From Pecten maximus (lineage: Eukaryota), in contig NC_047015.1 in assembly GCF_902652985.1 (NCBI RefSeq), positions 46,872,001 to 46,936,000 of the forward strand: 64,000 nucleotides of DNA, given 5' to 3'. Shown one piece after another: positions 1-11,199 of this stretch. The first letter of the stretch is position 1. Each line of letters starts with the position of its first letter. A program made the translations under genes and the position numbers. The notes under the pieces were generated by a model. That model had not been told where the DNA came from, searched no databases, and worked only from the letters and a program-made list of their open reading frames with translations.

Positions 1-669
1 CATTAGTAAATTTCCCGCAATAATCTGGACGATTTTTTCACCACATGGATGGGGGAAATATCGGGGCAAGTCACCCATGTCGACAGCTGTACAGACTATC
101 GTTTGACGCTGTGCGTAGTCATAGCGACTGCTGCCAGGTGATAGCTCCAGGTGTTTACCTGTGTTGCAATGTAGCTCTGTTTTTATAACTGTACATTGCT
201 TTTCTTTACGACCTAAATGCTACAGTATTAAAGGATTTTAAGCACAGTATAGACGGGTCTTGCTTTTATCAACTTGACGTACAATATCTATTTTATTTAT
301 TTTACATACGGCAACTTTAAGTAGTTTGCAAGAATTCATGCACTAACATACAGTACGTGATACGATAATTAATCAATCTCAAATACATGTACCCGGTAAA
401 AAATTTATGATTGGTAATTAACATCATTAACACTTTGAAAACTAAGAGGGGTTCGGTTACATTTGTATTGGGTAAACAAGGATATCGGCTTGTAACAACG
501 TTATGTGTAACGAAAAATAAAACAACTTTCACTTTACATGTTCTTTTTTTAGTTTCTACAAAATAAAACAAAGACTGACAATTAGACATGTTTATGAAAT
601 GGAAGTATGTCATTTAAACGTCCCACATTGTATAATGTCAAGGGAGATAACTCTTACACAACAATTTTT

Positions 670-764
670 TAGACCTGGTAGACCAAACTCGGCAGTCCGG
701 ATAACTCGTAATCTGGATGGTTTGGGCTGGGAACAAAGGTGTTCCGATTATCGAGGGTCCACTG
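670..764. mobile_element. Right end of a Tc1/mariner-type MITE
   Basis: Ends ..TCCGATTATCGAGGGTCCACTG|TA (CAG terminus, TA site). Left TIR not found in the window. Confidence 0.55.
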
Positions 765-1164
765 TACATGTATATAGAGCTAACTTGTCACACTGTTGAC
801 TGCAAGTGAGGTCTATCTTCAGGTAAGACGGAATCAAGGATAGACCGAAAATGAAGTCCACGATTATTTTATCGTATACATTTCACAAAAAGATTGATGA
901 TTTCTCATGTCATGAACCCATTTAATTTTCATATTAGGTATAGAAGTTGTTTGCGAAATTGTGTAATAGCATAGTGTAATTGCATCATTTATCTTGATAA
1001 CAGAAAATTAACAACACAATATTGACATGATGTCTGAAACACTTTTCTATTCATAGAATGAGGTCTGTAGCAGATTTACAGACTAGTCACATGACGTCGC
1101 TCCTACAATCAGGACTGGGAATAAGCAGGAGTCGAATGATAGATCAACACAGCTCAATACATAC

Positions 1165-4100
1165 CAATGTATAAGTTTTGTAACATAGTGTATCATCTTC
1201 TTCCTCCTTTTGTTGTAGAAGATCTGAGTATGTTTCATAAATTTCATCACAGATATCGGCATCAATATCTTCAAGCTGAATGAACCATAGACAAAAAAAT
1301 AGACATCTTATTAAAGAGCTTCTACCTGTAATTTCTACATATTGTAAAGACAGATAAATACAATCTTTTCCCATTTTAAGCACTCTTATTCCTTTTTCCA
1401 TTTTAAGCACTTCTCTCATTTTCCTAGTCTAAGTATTTCATCTTCAAAGTAAATGATGGAATTATTTGAAATGTAATTAAGTGATAAATTAACAAAATTT
1501 CTTTTAGTTAAAAATTGTCTTAGGTGGAATGTTACCTCAGTTCTCATAACTCAAAACTGAGGGTATTCAATTCCATCATCACAGTATCTGGTAGACTAGT
1601 ACAAGCATTGTTGCAAAAACATCCAACAAATTTTCATATCAAGCATAATTGTGGTGTAGACTCAGCGGCAGAAGCACTGGACACCGACACAAAAAAGAAA
1701 ATTTTCAATCTGTTTTTCTGTGTTTTGGTGTAGGTACCTATATAGGTAGACATAATTTGTTTGTTTGTTTTTGTTTAACGTCCTATTAACAGCCAGGGTC
1801 ATTTAAGGACGTGCCAGGTTTTGGAGGTGGAGGAAAGCCGGAGTACCCGAGAAAAACCACGGGCCTAAAAGTTAGTACCTGGCAAGTGGCAACTGCCTCA
1901 GTAGGTTTCGAACTCGCAACCCAAAGGTGGAGGGCTAGTGATAAAGTATCGGGACACCTTAACCACTTGGCCACCACGGCCAAAGGTAGACATAAAACCT
2001 AATGTTAATTTTGCTATGTTATAATTTTAAGTCTACAGGTTGTACTATTGTAGGTACTTTGACCGATCCATCATGATCAGTTATAACGATGTCCCAGCTA
2101 TGTGACCTATCATATTCATCCAGGAATAAGCCCACCCATATATTTTGCCTATTTCACTGTTGTACAATAAGCCTACACCCTACATGTTGCTAGCAATAAG
2201 TTTTGAAGCCATATCTAATATTTAAGTAGGTGCAGGTGTCAAGAATGAAAAACAATTATGTGAAAATTTATAATAAATATTGTATTATAACAATTGTTCT
2301 AATACCATATACAAGTATCATGGGCTGTGGTGAAAATTCATCACAATCTAATGATAAAAACAGTATATTTACCTTATGTAAGATGCTTTTAACGAATGCA
2401 CGCTGATAGCTGAGAGATGGCGGATACTGCTTACATGTGGCATGTTGAACGGTGGCCTTCAGGACAGCCCTCTGCATGTCTGGGGATATATCTTTATCAT
2501 CTATCGATGGTGTTGTCTGCAAACAAATCATTCATAAACAAGCTAGGTAATAATTTGTCTTGGTATGCATGATTAAGATTTCCTATCTTTTCCCAACTCT
2601 GATTATGGATTTTTTATGTCTAACCCAAAACATCCTCTAGGTCTCACTGTACTGTATAAACTAGTGCATTAATCATGTATTCTTTTCCTTAACCACCTAG
2701 TAATGATAGGAATAAGTAGGCAGTTTCTCTTCCGAGTATGTCAATGTAGATACTTAGTAATTTGTTTTGGGTTAATCATTTCTCATCAAAATACTGAGGG
2801 ATGGCCTGGAAGCAGTTTGGTTGGTGACTGCATAATATTCCGAAGGCCTAATATAGTGTAAAGGCCATAGTCCTAAGGCAAGAGAATAATCCAAAGGTCC
2901 AATAGTCCACTGACCTGATAGTCAGAAGGACTCAAACTATGTTCTATGACCTCAGTAAGTGCAAAATGAGTAGCCTGCATATTCTGCAATAGGGTTGCAA
3001 TAACACAGGAACTCAGCAGCTATAGTCACAGTCTTGGTTTATTTAGGCTTATACTGATTGTTTAAAGCAATGGCCTGTTTGTCCTAATAGTCCAAATGTC
3101 TATTGGTCTGAAGGGTGACAATCCAAAAATGAAGAAGTGTTGTGAAAAATCTTCTAGAATTTTATAAAATGTTATTATATCCACAAGACATATCATTCAC
3201 TGAAATTTGTTACAGGTTTTGGTACAAAAAAGTACCTTCATCAAGGTGTAGAGCCAACACCATACTTCTAGTCTGGGATCTGTATGATCCGTTCGATTCT
3301 CCAGTTCTAAGATTGCAGGTACAAGTGACGTTGCAACAAGCTTGGGTAGGTAGGTTTATTTATTAGTATGTGTCTACTTGATTTGCCTGAACAGGTGGGC
3401 TTCTTCAGAGCAATTTTTCATGATGAATTTAACCCCTAAAGTACCTTTTCATATTGGTACTCGTGACATCATACAATTGATGTTCACATCATCTTATCTA
3501 GTAATTATTACTCAGGTCCAATTATGTTCCATCAATGGTGTTTTAAGATAAAAATTGACAACATTTCATCAATACCTGTATAGTATTCATGGTGGTTCAA
3601 GTTGTCTTATATCATCTTATATTTAGATCATATGGGTCTTTAATTTGAACTAATGGACCTTCGGAATAGTAATCCCTTGGAATATTAGGTCTTATGAACA
3701 TAAATGTGTCACCGTTTGCTTAATTCTTACCATGCTTAAAACATATATAATAGTCATGCATACCAGCGAAACAGTTAATCACAAACAAAAATCAATTATG
3801 TTGACTTAAACTGGCATTAGACACAGGGACATGACACATTGACAGTAAAGTGTTATATGATAATGTAGTATGTATTTCTGGCTAATATTATCATGAAAGA
3901 TTAATTATAAAGCTAACAATGCAGAGTCACACACCTTATACCTGAGTCTTGTACAGTATAAAGTTAAAATCGTGTGACCTACAATTCATATTACTTTACG
4001 CCAGCATTGTTTGCTTCGTGTTGCCAGGACTAAAAAATATTCTATTTCTGCTGGAGCATCATGTGCAGTGACATGTGACATCTAAAATGACTTGCATTTG

Positions 4101-4255
4101 TGTTTCGACGTAAAAGAAAATAATGAATCTATAAGTATGACATTAATTACCTTCCATTTCATTCGCCTTATTGGTACCATCTCGAAAAACTGAGTTGTAA
4201 TATCTCTTAAAATGTTTTCTTCCAAAGACAAAGTTGTGTTCATGGAGGCAGCCAT
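1165..4255 (-). CDS. EEF2KMT: Protein-lysine N-methyltransferase EEF2KMT/FAM86-like, first three coding exons (gene continues off the left edge)
   Basis: Exons 4255-4151 (MAASMNTTLSLEENILRDITTQFFEMVPIRRMKWK), 2516-2373 (..VLKATVQHATCKQYPPSLSYQRAFVKSILHK) and 1275-1165 (LEDIDADICDEIYETYSDLL..CYKTYTL). All are GT-AG, phase 0. Matches the FAM86 N-terminal domain pattern (HPxCxxxPPSxxY, DELYE, Y-x-x-Y). Confidence 0.85.
1756..1983 (-). mobile_element. tRNA-derived SINE (V-SINE-like core), full length
   Basis: A box TGGCCAAGTGG, B box GAGTTCGAAAC, core GGGTACTCCGGCTTTCCTCC, (AAAC)n tail. 12-bp TSD AGGTAGACATAA at 1744-1755 and 1984-1995. Confidence 0.9.
2823..3713. mobile_element. Foldback-like non-autonomous DNA transposon
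   Basis: GGTGAC..GTCACC termini, inverted arrays of ~16-bp TATTCCGAAGG subrepeats, 8-bp TSD GTTTGGTT/GTTTGCTT. Confidence 0.6.
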
Positions 4256-4385
4256 ATTTCTTGTTTCTTTTGTAAGCTTGATTTTGATTGGCTAGTATAC
4301 ACCGGACCAAATTAAGGACCAATCACAGGTGATTTGACATATTTCATGTCCGAGAGACGCTTTCCATGAAAAATATCGCAAGAAA
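4256..4385. promoter_or_regulatory. Compact bidirectional promoter EEF2KMT/RNPS1
   Basis: About 130 bp separate the divergent start codons. Oppositely oriented CCAAT boxes (GATTGG ~4286, CCAATC ~4319). A YY1-like AAATATGGC overlaps the EEF2KMT ATG. Confidence 0.7.
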
Positions 4386-7300
4386 ATGTAAGTTCAATCC
4401 GCCATAATCGGCCGTAATCTTAGATTATGTATATCATTTATCACTTTTAAATTATTTTATGATTCTGTGAGAATGTAAATTGAAGTATATTTGTTGTGAA
4501 TTAATCAGTAAATACATATAAAACATTACTGTTACTCCCGCTTACGTCCCTTGCAAAATCAATGTTTACATTTTGTAAAACGCCGATATACGTGAAGTAG
4601 GTAGACTAGTTTTATCTATTATTTAGCATATGCAAGAAAATGTTTTGCTATGAATATAAAAATGTGTAAAGTGAAAGATATTTGGTAATACGCGTTAGTC
4701 ACTACGTCGACTGGTTGCGACCGCAGTTGCTTGACGAACGGGTTCCAAACTCAGGAGTCGGGACCGAAATAAAGTTAACTGATTATAATGGAATCTTCCC
4801 TGACCTTAAGGGTGTCATCAGAGAATCTCCAACTCGAGGGGAAATGTTCTTTGTTAGATATTTCTGTCACATCGATCCTCAATGTAGGGGAATACTACCG
4901 GGGGTATTCGATTTATGAAGGATCCAGTTATTCAAAGTTGAAGCATATGTGACATGGTTTTTCCAGAAACCTACCCGTATGACTTCATATATTATATAAA
5001 TCGTTGCATGACAGTATTTGATTGATTGCTATTTTAACTGACTGTCATCTAAATTTCTGACTCTGTGAAAATAAAATCTGTTCCTAGGGTAAGAAGTCAA
5101 AGTAAAAGCCGGGAGCGAAAGAAAAGTGGACCTGAAAGGGGAAGAGAGAAACACAGGAAGGATTCATCCTCCAGCAGTGACAGTGACTCGGACAGCAGCA
5201 GGTATAGTTCTAATTTAAACAGTGGGTTTCATGTTTCTAATAGCATATATAGTACTAAGCACATGAGTTGAAGCACATCTGACTATTAAATTGACAGAAA
5301 TTCTGTATTTTGTGTAAACAAAAGATTACAAAATGCATCAAAGGAAGTGTTATTGTGAAAGAAAGAAAATTAACCGAAAATTACAAGCTTCCAGTTTAAC
5401 AGCAGGTTAGTATTTTCCATTATGCATTTAGAAATTGTTTATTGATGCATGGTTCATACCTGTCAAGTTTCCCGCATTGGACTGGAGACTCCCGAATATT
5501 CAATACAAAAATCAAACTCTCCAGTTTGAAATTAATGACCCGCGCGGGTCCAGAATTTTATTAAATTCTCAAGTTTTCTCCCGTTAGGCCAAAGTACCTC
5601 GGGTCATTGACGCATCAATTTGACGCATCAAATTCTCACTAACACTAGTGTGTATATAAGTCTTAAAACGTTGTCAAATATACAGACTCAACAAAGGGCA
5701 TATTAGCTATGGTCAGTGACACTAATTCACCCCTAGGGGTTAATTAAAGAGTCAGTCAACTGTGACAAACCCCGACTCACCAAATTGGGTCTCGGGTAAA
5801 GTTTCCAATAATCAACACACTTCTAGTGAAATAAGCTATTTGCAAAGCAGATTTTTCCAAAGAAGTTATAGAAACCCCGAACTAGCCATATTTGCCAACA
5901 AATCTGTATATTTTTTATTGATTTAAGAATGTTGGCAAAGAACTGCAGTCAGACTCTCAAAAATATCGGCACCGTGCTGTTGACGGCGGCCATGATTGTG
6001 ATGAATATTCTAAAAATGGATCCAGAATCCGGAAATGGACAATTTTTTCAGGATTTTTTTTTCTCTCTCCTGATTTTAGACAATTTTTTTCTGGGAAATA
6101 ACATAACTAATAAAAGAAAGATATTTAAGTTTTTTTTTCAATGAAACTTATAGATAGATTTGATATAAAAAGAAGTGCTTTCAATTTCTATAATTAGATT
6201 ATTAAAAAAAAATTATTATTGATTCAATATATGGAATTATTGGAAGGTAAATTCAATTGAACTAATGTTTTTGAACAGTATACGTTTGAAAACAGTTAAT
6301 TTCAGGATTTTTTGATTTTTTTTGGTGAATGCAATATATTTAGTAAAAATGTCGTCACACGCAATCTCCAGTTTGAGGAAAGTCTTCAAACTGGAGATCT
6401 CCAGTTTGTAAACATTTGATCCTTGACAGGTATGATAGTTACAAGTTGTATTCGACCTGGTGAAAATACATTCCTAGCATTCCTTTTTCAAACATACATA
6501 TCGGCTAACATCAGACACTATTCTCCGGTAAGAGTTCATCAGAGTGGTCTCAAAACCGAGGGGAAAGAGTTTTGAATGTTGACTTATAATTAAAGGCATG
6601 AGAATGCTTGGAAGCGTTTGGATGTTCCACGCCTATCAACAATTTTGACTGTTGACTGGTTTGTTATGATTTTCTGGCAAGTATCTTGCCCAAGGACACA
6701 ATTTTGTGTGAAATAGTAAAAAAATACTTAATCATTTACATTCACATAGACAATTTGGTAACAATCTGAAATGTCTTTGACAGCTCATCAGGCTCTAGAA
6801 GACGTTCACGCTCATCATCCAGTAACAGCAGTTCCAGTAGCAGTGGTAGTTCACGCAGCAGTTCTTCACGGTCCGGAAGCTCGAGCTCCAGTCGGTCATC
6901 CTCTAGTGATAGCAGTCCACGGAGAACAAGAGCCAAACGAAAGGCTTCAGAGTTAGTAACCTATAACCCAGTGTGAACTATACATGGAATTCAATGCGTC
7001 ATATCTTCGATATTTCATTTAGAGTAAATACACAACTAGTCAGCAAGATGTACCTGTGATAAACAACTAAAACACTTGGCACAGACAAGTTCTGAATTCT
7101 TTGGTTAATGATCTTTTTAATCTTATTTTGTGATCACATTATGACCTAGTGATTTTTGTGACATGGATATTTGAGTCCTGAAATCATGCCTTACCTGCAG
7201 GACTCGTTCAAATTTTCAGTACCCACTTTATCTCTTAATCACTACACTCATTAAAATTTTGAAAATGATGTTATGACTCGCCTGAAAAAATCCTGTCAGA

Positions 7301-9903
7301 CTTGCTGGTATGTTTCTTTTCTGTATTCAGAATTCACTGGTATGTTTCCTCTCTGTATTCAGAATTCACATCATTGGATGTGGATATCAATCTTGACATT
7401 GATTATAAACCTACTTAATCACTATTTTAGATCACCGAAGAGGAAGAAGCGGAGTCCTTCTCCTGTCAAACCCACCAAAGTACATGTTGGAAGATTGACA
7501 CGCAATGTCTCCAAAGACCACATCATGGAGATCTTCAGTGTGTATGGACAGGTGAAACATATAGAAATGCCAATCGACAGAGTCCATGCAAGTTTCTCCA
7601 AGGGATTCGCCTATGTGGAATATGATAACACAACAGAGGCAGAGAAAGCTATCAAATATATGAATGGAGGTATGAACCTGTAGTATATATTGTTGTAATG
7701 TTGGTTTTGGAGTTTGCACTATCACTGTGATAAGGTAGTATAGCGGAGCAGTATCCTTACAAAGGAAAGTGTAGGGATCAGTCATTTCCTTATGAAGCTT
7801 CACAGTTACCCAGGTTGTGTGCATATTCTCGCCCCAGTACCCTTAAAGAGGCTTACCCGCAGACGGACCGGTAAACGGCACATCTCCGATCACTAAATAA
7901 ACTTCAGTACACGTTTCTATGTGACAAAATTAGAGGCTTTCCGACTTTATTTCTTGAAAACAATTACAGAATATGTATTTAAAAGACGTTTTAAAACTCA
8001 ACCTGAGAGGGAAATGAATGGAATATAAAGGCAAATCTTCTTTGTAAATCGCCGCTGCCTTTGAAGTTATCACTGTGTGGCACTGTGCATGTGCTTGTTT
8101 CTTTGATGTGTCAATCAAATTAGACTCCACTTTATAGCGGGGACTTATTGCGGGTTGCGATTAAATAAATAACATTTAAAAAAATGAGGTTTTAATATCA
8201 CTTTTCAGCGTTTTATAAGGAAAATAAAATGAAAAACTCAACAATTCCAACAATCTGTCATGTGTAAAAAATCTTTTTCTATTAGCCAATTTTTCTGATC
8301 TCTCTGCGAGCAAGCCTCTTTAAATTTATGGTAAGGAGTCAAAAGTTATACACATTGATACATGATTTATACCATGGTACAATGATTGAGTGTTACAAAG
8401 TAAATTCAGGTACATACAAGCAAAGTCCAGATTCTAATAACAAGTCTGTTGTCAAATGATTTCCCGTACTGTAGCCTCTGATTACTTTCATGTTTTCTTA
8501 TCTTACTTCAAGTAGATGCTACCCACTTTAACATAAAAGGTCATGGCCAGTCAAGTAAAAGGTCAAACCATCACATGCTTCAGAGATGATTAATGTATGA
8601 AATCCTGATTTTTTTTTATTCCATGGTTGTAGGTCAGATAGATGGCCAGGAGATATCAGCTGCTGCAGTGTTGGCACCACGACCGGTGAGAGCTAGACGA
8701 TCACCCCCACGGAGGCCTCCACCAAGATGGAACAGGCAGTCACCTCCTCGTTACAGAGACAGAAGAAGGTAGGTCACATGTATACTGTTTAACCCTTTCA
8801 CCCCTGCTGACCATTTTGTACTTCAACTGATGAATGAATGGCAGAGTCCACTTAAGTTTCTTAGGGTTGAAAAGGTTAAGATTAAATGTCAAATTGAAAT
8901 AATTTTGAATCAATCAATAATAGTTAATTGAAATTTTGGATTTTTTTTTTTTGCAACAATTATATGATCTGATTGAACATTTGAAAACAAATGGGCTGTA
9001 CATTGTTCATATTGTCTAGATCATATCTCCTTAATCTTGGAATATACTTTTTTCACCCACCATCATCAGATTCAAATTTATCTTTGTTGTACATCTGTCC
9101 ATAAGCAATCCTGGTTATATTGATTTCTTGATAAGTACTAGAAGCATGTGTCTCAAACTCATGTTTTAAACTAAGATTTCTTAAATAACAAATGTCAATA
9201 GAACACACAATTATAACGGGGAAAGTTGAGAAATTACAGAGATCAGACTTGCAAAGAACCAACATCATGCAATGGTTGGCACCTTAGTCCCTCTGGGATT
9301 TCCTGTTATGAAAGTTGGTACTTCTGCATATACATGCAAAGTACTTTTACATACATCTGTTTATGCTATTCATGCTATAATCAGGGTGCAGTAAAATCAG
9401 TGAATGAATTAGTTGGTAGACAATCAAGCTAATGCAAGCTCAGATGGATGTCCACACATGGGATTCTATCCCACTTTGGGTGATTTTGTTTTAAGAAGCT
9501 GTCATCATCAAAGAACATCCTCTGTTGTCTTAGAACGTTGTGCACACCCGTTATCCTAATTGCTCTTCATGGCATGCAACAAGCATCAAGGATGATGTCT
9601 GGTGAAGTAGCTGCCAGCTCCTTCAAGGAGACCCTGCTTTATAGTGACATTGTTATTCAAGGGGCTATAACCCAGCTAAGAAACAAAATTATCCATCTAT
9701 AAACTCACAAATCAACACAAAAATATATGTAACAAAAATATTTTACTTGTGTTATAAAGTGTTCTACCACTATACAACGTTGAACCTTTTATTAAAATTT
9801 CAGGTCACCACCACAGCGACGGAGATCTCCACCTCGTCGAAGATCAAGGTCACCAGTACGCAGACGACGATACAGCAGATCAAGTTCAAGCTCATCACGA
9901 TGA
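4386..9903 (+). CDS. RNPS1: RNA-binding protein with serine-rich domain 1 (EJC/ASAP/PSAP component), ~252 aa
   Basis: Exons 4386-4387 (AT), 5088-5201, 6784-6951, 7431-7669, 8633-8768, 9804-9903 total 759 nt in frame. Ser-rich domain, RRM (KVHVGRLTRNVSKDHIMEIFSVYG..SKGFAYVEY..MNGGQIDGQEI), RS/P tail ending SRSSSSSSR*. Confidence 0.95.
4697..4984 (+). ncRNA. Candidate structured intronic RNA (RNPS1 intron 1)
   Basis: Terminal stem AGTCA-c-TACG / CGTA-TGACT closes four hairpin domains. G-U wobbles favour the + strand. Motifs are shared with elements in introns 2, 4 and 5. Confidence 0.45.
5455..6434. mobile_element. Non-autonomous DNA transposon in RNPS1 intron 2
   Basis: Perfect 13-bp TIR CATACCTGTCAAG / CTTGACAGGTATG, subterminal CTGGAGA/CTCCAG repeats, flanks ATGGTT/ATAGTT. 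Confidence 0.8.
6503..6700 (+). ncRNA. Candidate structured intronic RNA (RNPS1 intron 2)
   Basis: ~80-nt hairpin 6503-6584 sharing TCATCAGAG and CGAGGGGAAA with intron 1, followed by hairpins AGGCAT-gaga-ATGCTT, TCAACA/TGTTGA and GGCAAG/CTTGCC. Confidence 0.4.
7847..8319. mobile_element. TTAA-targeting (Kolobok-like) MITE in RNPS1 intron 4
   Basis: TTAA on both sides. TIR AGAGGCTTACCCGCAGA vs AGAGGCTTGCTCGCAGA (15/17). Confidence 0.85.
8789..8879. mobile_element. piggyBac-like mini-MITE
   Basis: TTAA-CCCTTTCACCCCT ... AGGGTTGAAAAGG-TTAA. Confidence 0.65.
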
Positions 9904-11199
9904 TTCTGATTTTGTGTTTGTGCCGTGAATCAAAGAGTGAAAGACTTTAACAATAGGGGAATAGTTGAAAAGGTGGTGAATGTGAAACAATGATAGGGGA
10001 ATAGTTGAAAATGTGGTGGATGTTGTTTCACTCTGTATCATATGGTGTTCACATTGAATCACAGAGCCCTAGACCTAGCAGTGGAGGAGGAAATGAAAAT
10101 GTAAAGGATAGGGTTTCAGTATTTACTAGCATGAAACAATGGTTTCACTATGTATGAATGAATTATTGAGGTTGAGAGTAGTGGAAGATTAAATGGAACT
10201 GTGTTGTATATGATAGCAACTTTACTAAATTCATATCTACACTAGAATGTCCAAGCATACGCATGTCAACATATTACAAGTTCAGTTAAATACTCTGATT
10301 TGTTGGCGTCCTCTTGCCCCCCACTTCATACTAACTTGGATGTTGCGAGGAAATTAAACTCTTGAAAAACAAAACACTGATCTGACCAAGTTTCTAAATG
10401 TTGTATAAACAAATTTAATAATATAAAGAATTTTTCATTAAAGACCTTTTTGCTTTTTTTTTACCAAAACTACCAAATTTTGCAGGCATGTACCATATTC
10501 TTTGGAATGAAGATGACAAAGCATCCCTTGTTCACGGTGTTCAAAACAAATCTTAAATACTGTCGCTCACACTTACCAAATGAGCATGCAGGTATGATGG
10601 GATGGTAAATTTCAACTTCTACATATTTGGTCTCGCATCACACTATTTATTAATGTAAAATGTAAATGCTATCTTTATATCACACTGACTTGGTTCAAGA
10701 TAACATGTTGAATTTGTTTTATTTGAATCACTGGTACATCAAGTGTATGAAATATATTCATCATAGATATTTTAATAATTGCTTGTTTTATCATTTTAAA
10801 AGTTGAAATAACATGCAGCAATTCATTGTCTGTAGTCATTTTGTTCTTTTTAAACTTTCCAAATCATTGTATTGTAAGGATGTGTGTTCTATTTTATTGT
10901 GTAGTGAATGAAGGCAATTCTATTGCATTGGTAAGAATGTGTATCTGGTTGATTAATTGGGTATGCAAGCATTGCTGGTTTAATATATATTGTAAATAAA
11001 TTGATAAAAAGAGAATTTGTTTTGGTTTTTAATATGACCTGAAAGGCTGTAATATTTGTGGAATTATTATGTATTGCAAAATGTATACTGTGTGTAATTG
11101 TAACATTGGTACTATTAATTAAGACATTCAACATATAAATATTTGCCTACAAGAGCTGGTTAAGATATGCATAAAGTATAATCCAGTGAGTAATAAACA

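Noticed and set aside
4815-6544. Hammerhead ribozymes (CTGATGA on the minus strand of module A)
   Set aside because: No GAAA or stem II/III geometry follows, and wobble pairs favour the plus strand.
4844-9518. 10-bp complementarity between intron 1 (ATGTTCTTTG) and intron 5 (CAAAGAACAT)
   Set aside because: Such matches are expected by chance among several kb of AT-rich sequence.
4835-9677. RNase MRP/P RNA (AGGGGAAAG and GGGGCT..CCAGC look-alikes)
   Set aside because: The P4 partner strands are missing and the pieces lie in different introns.
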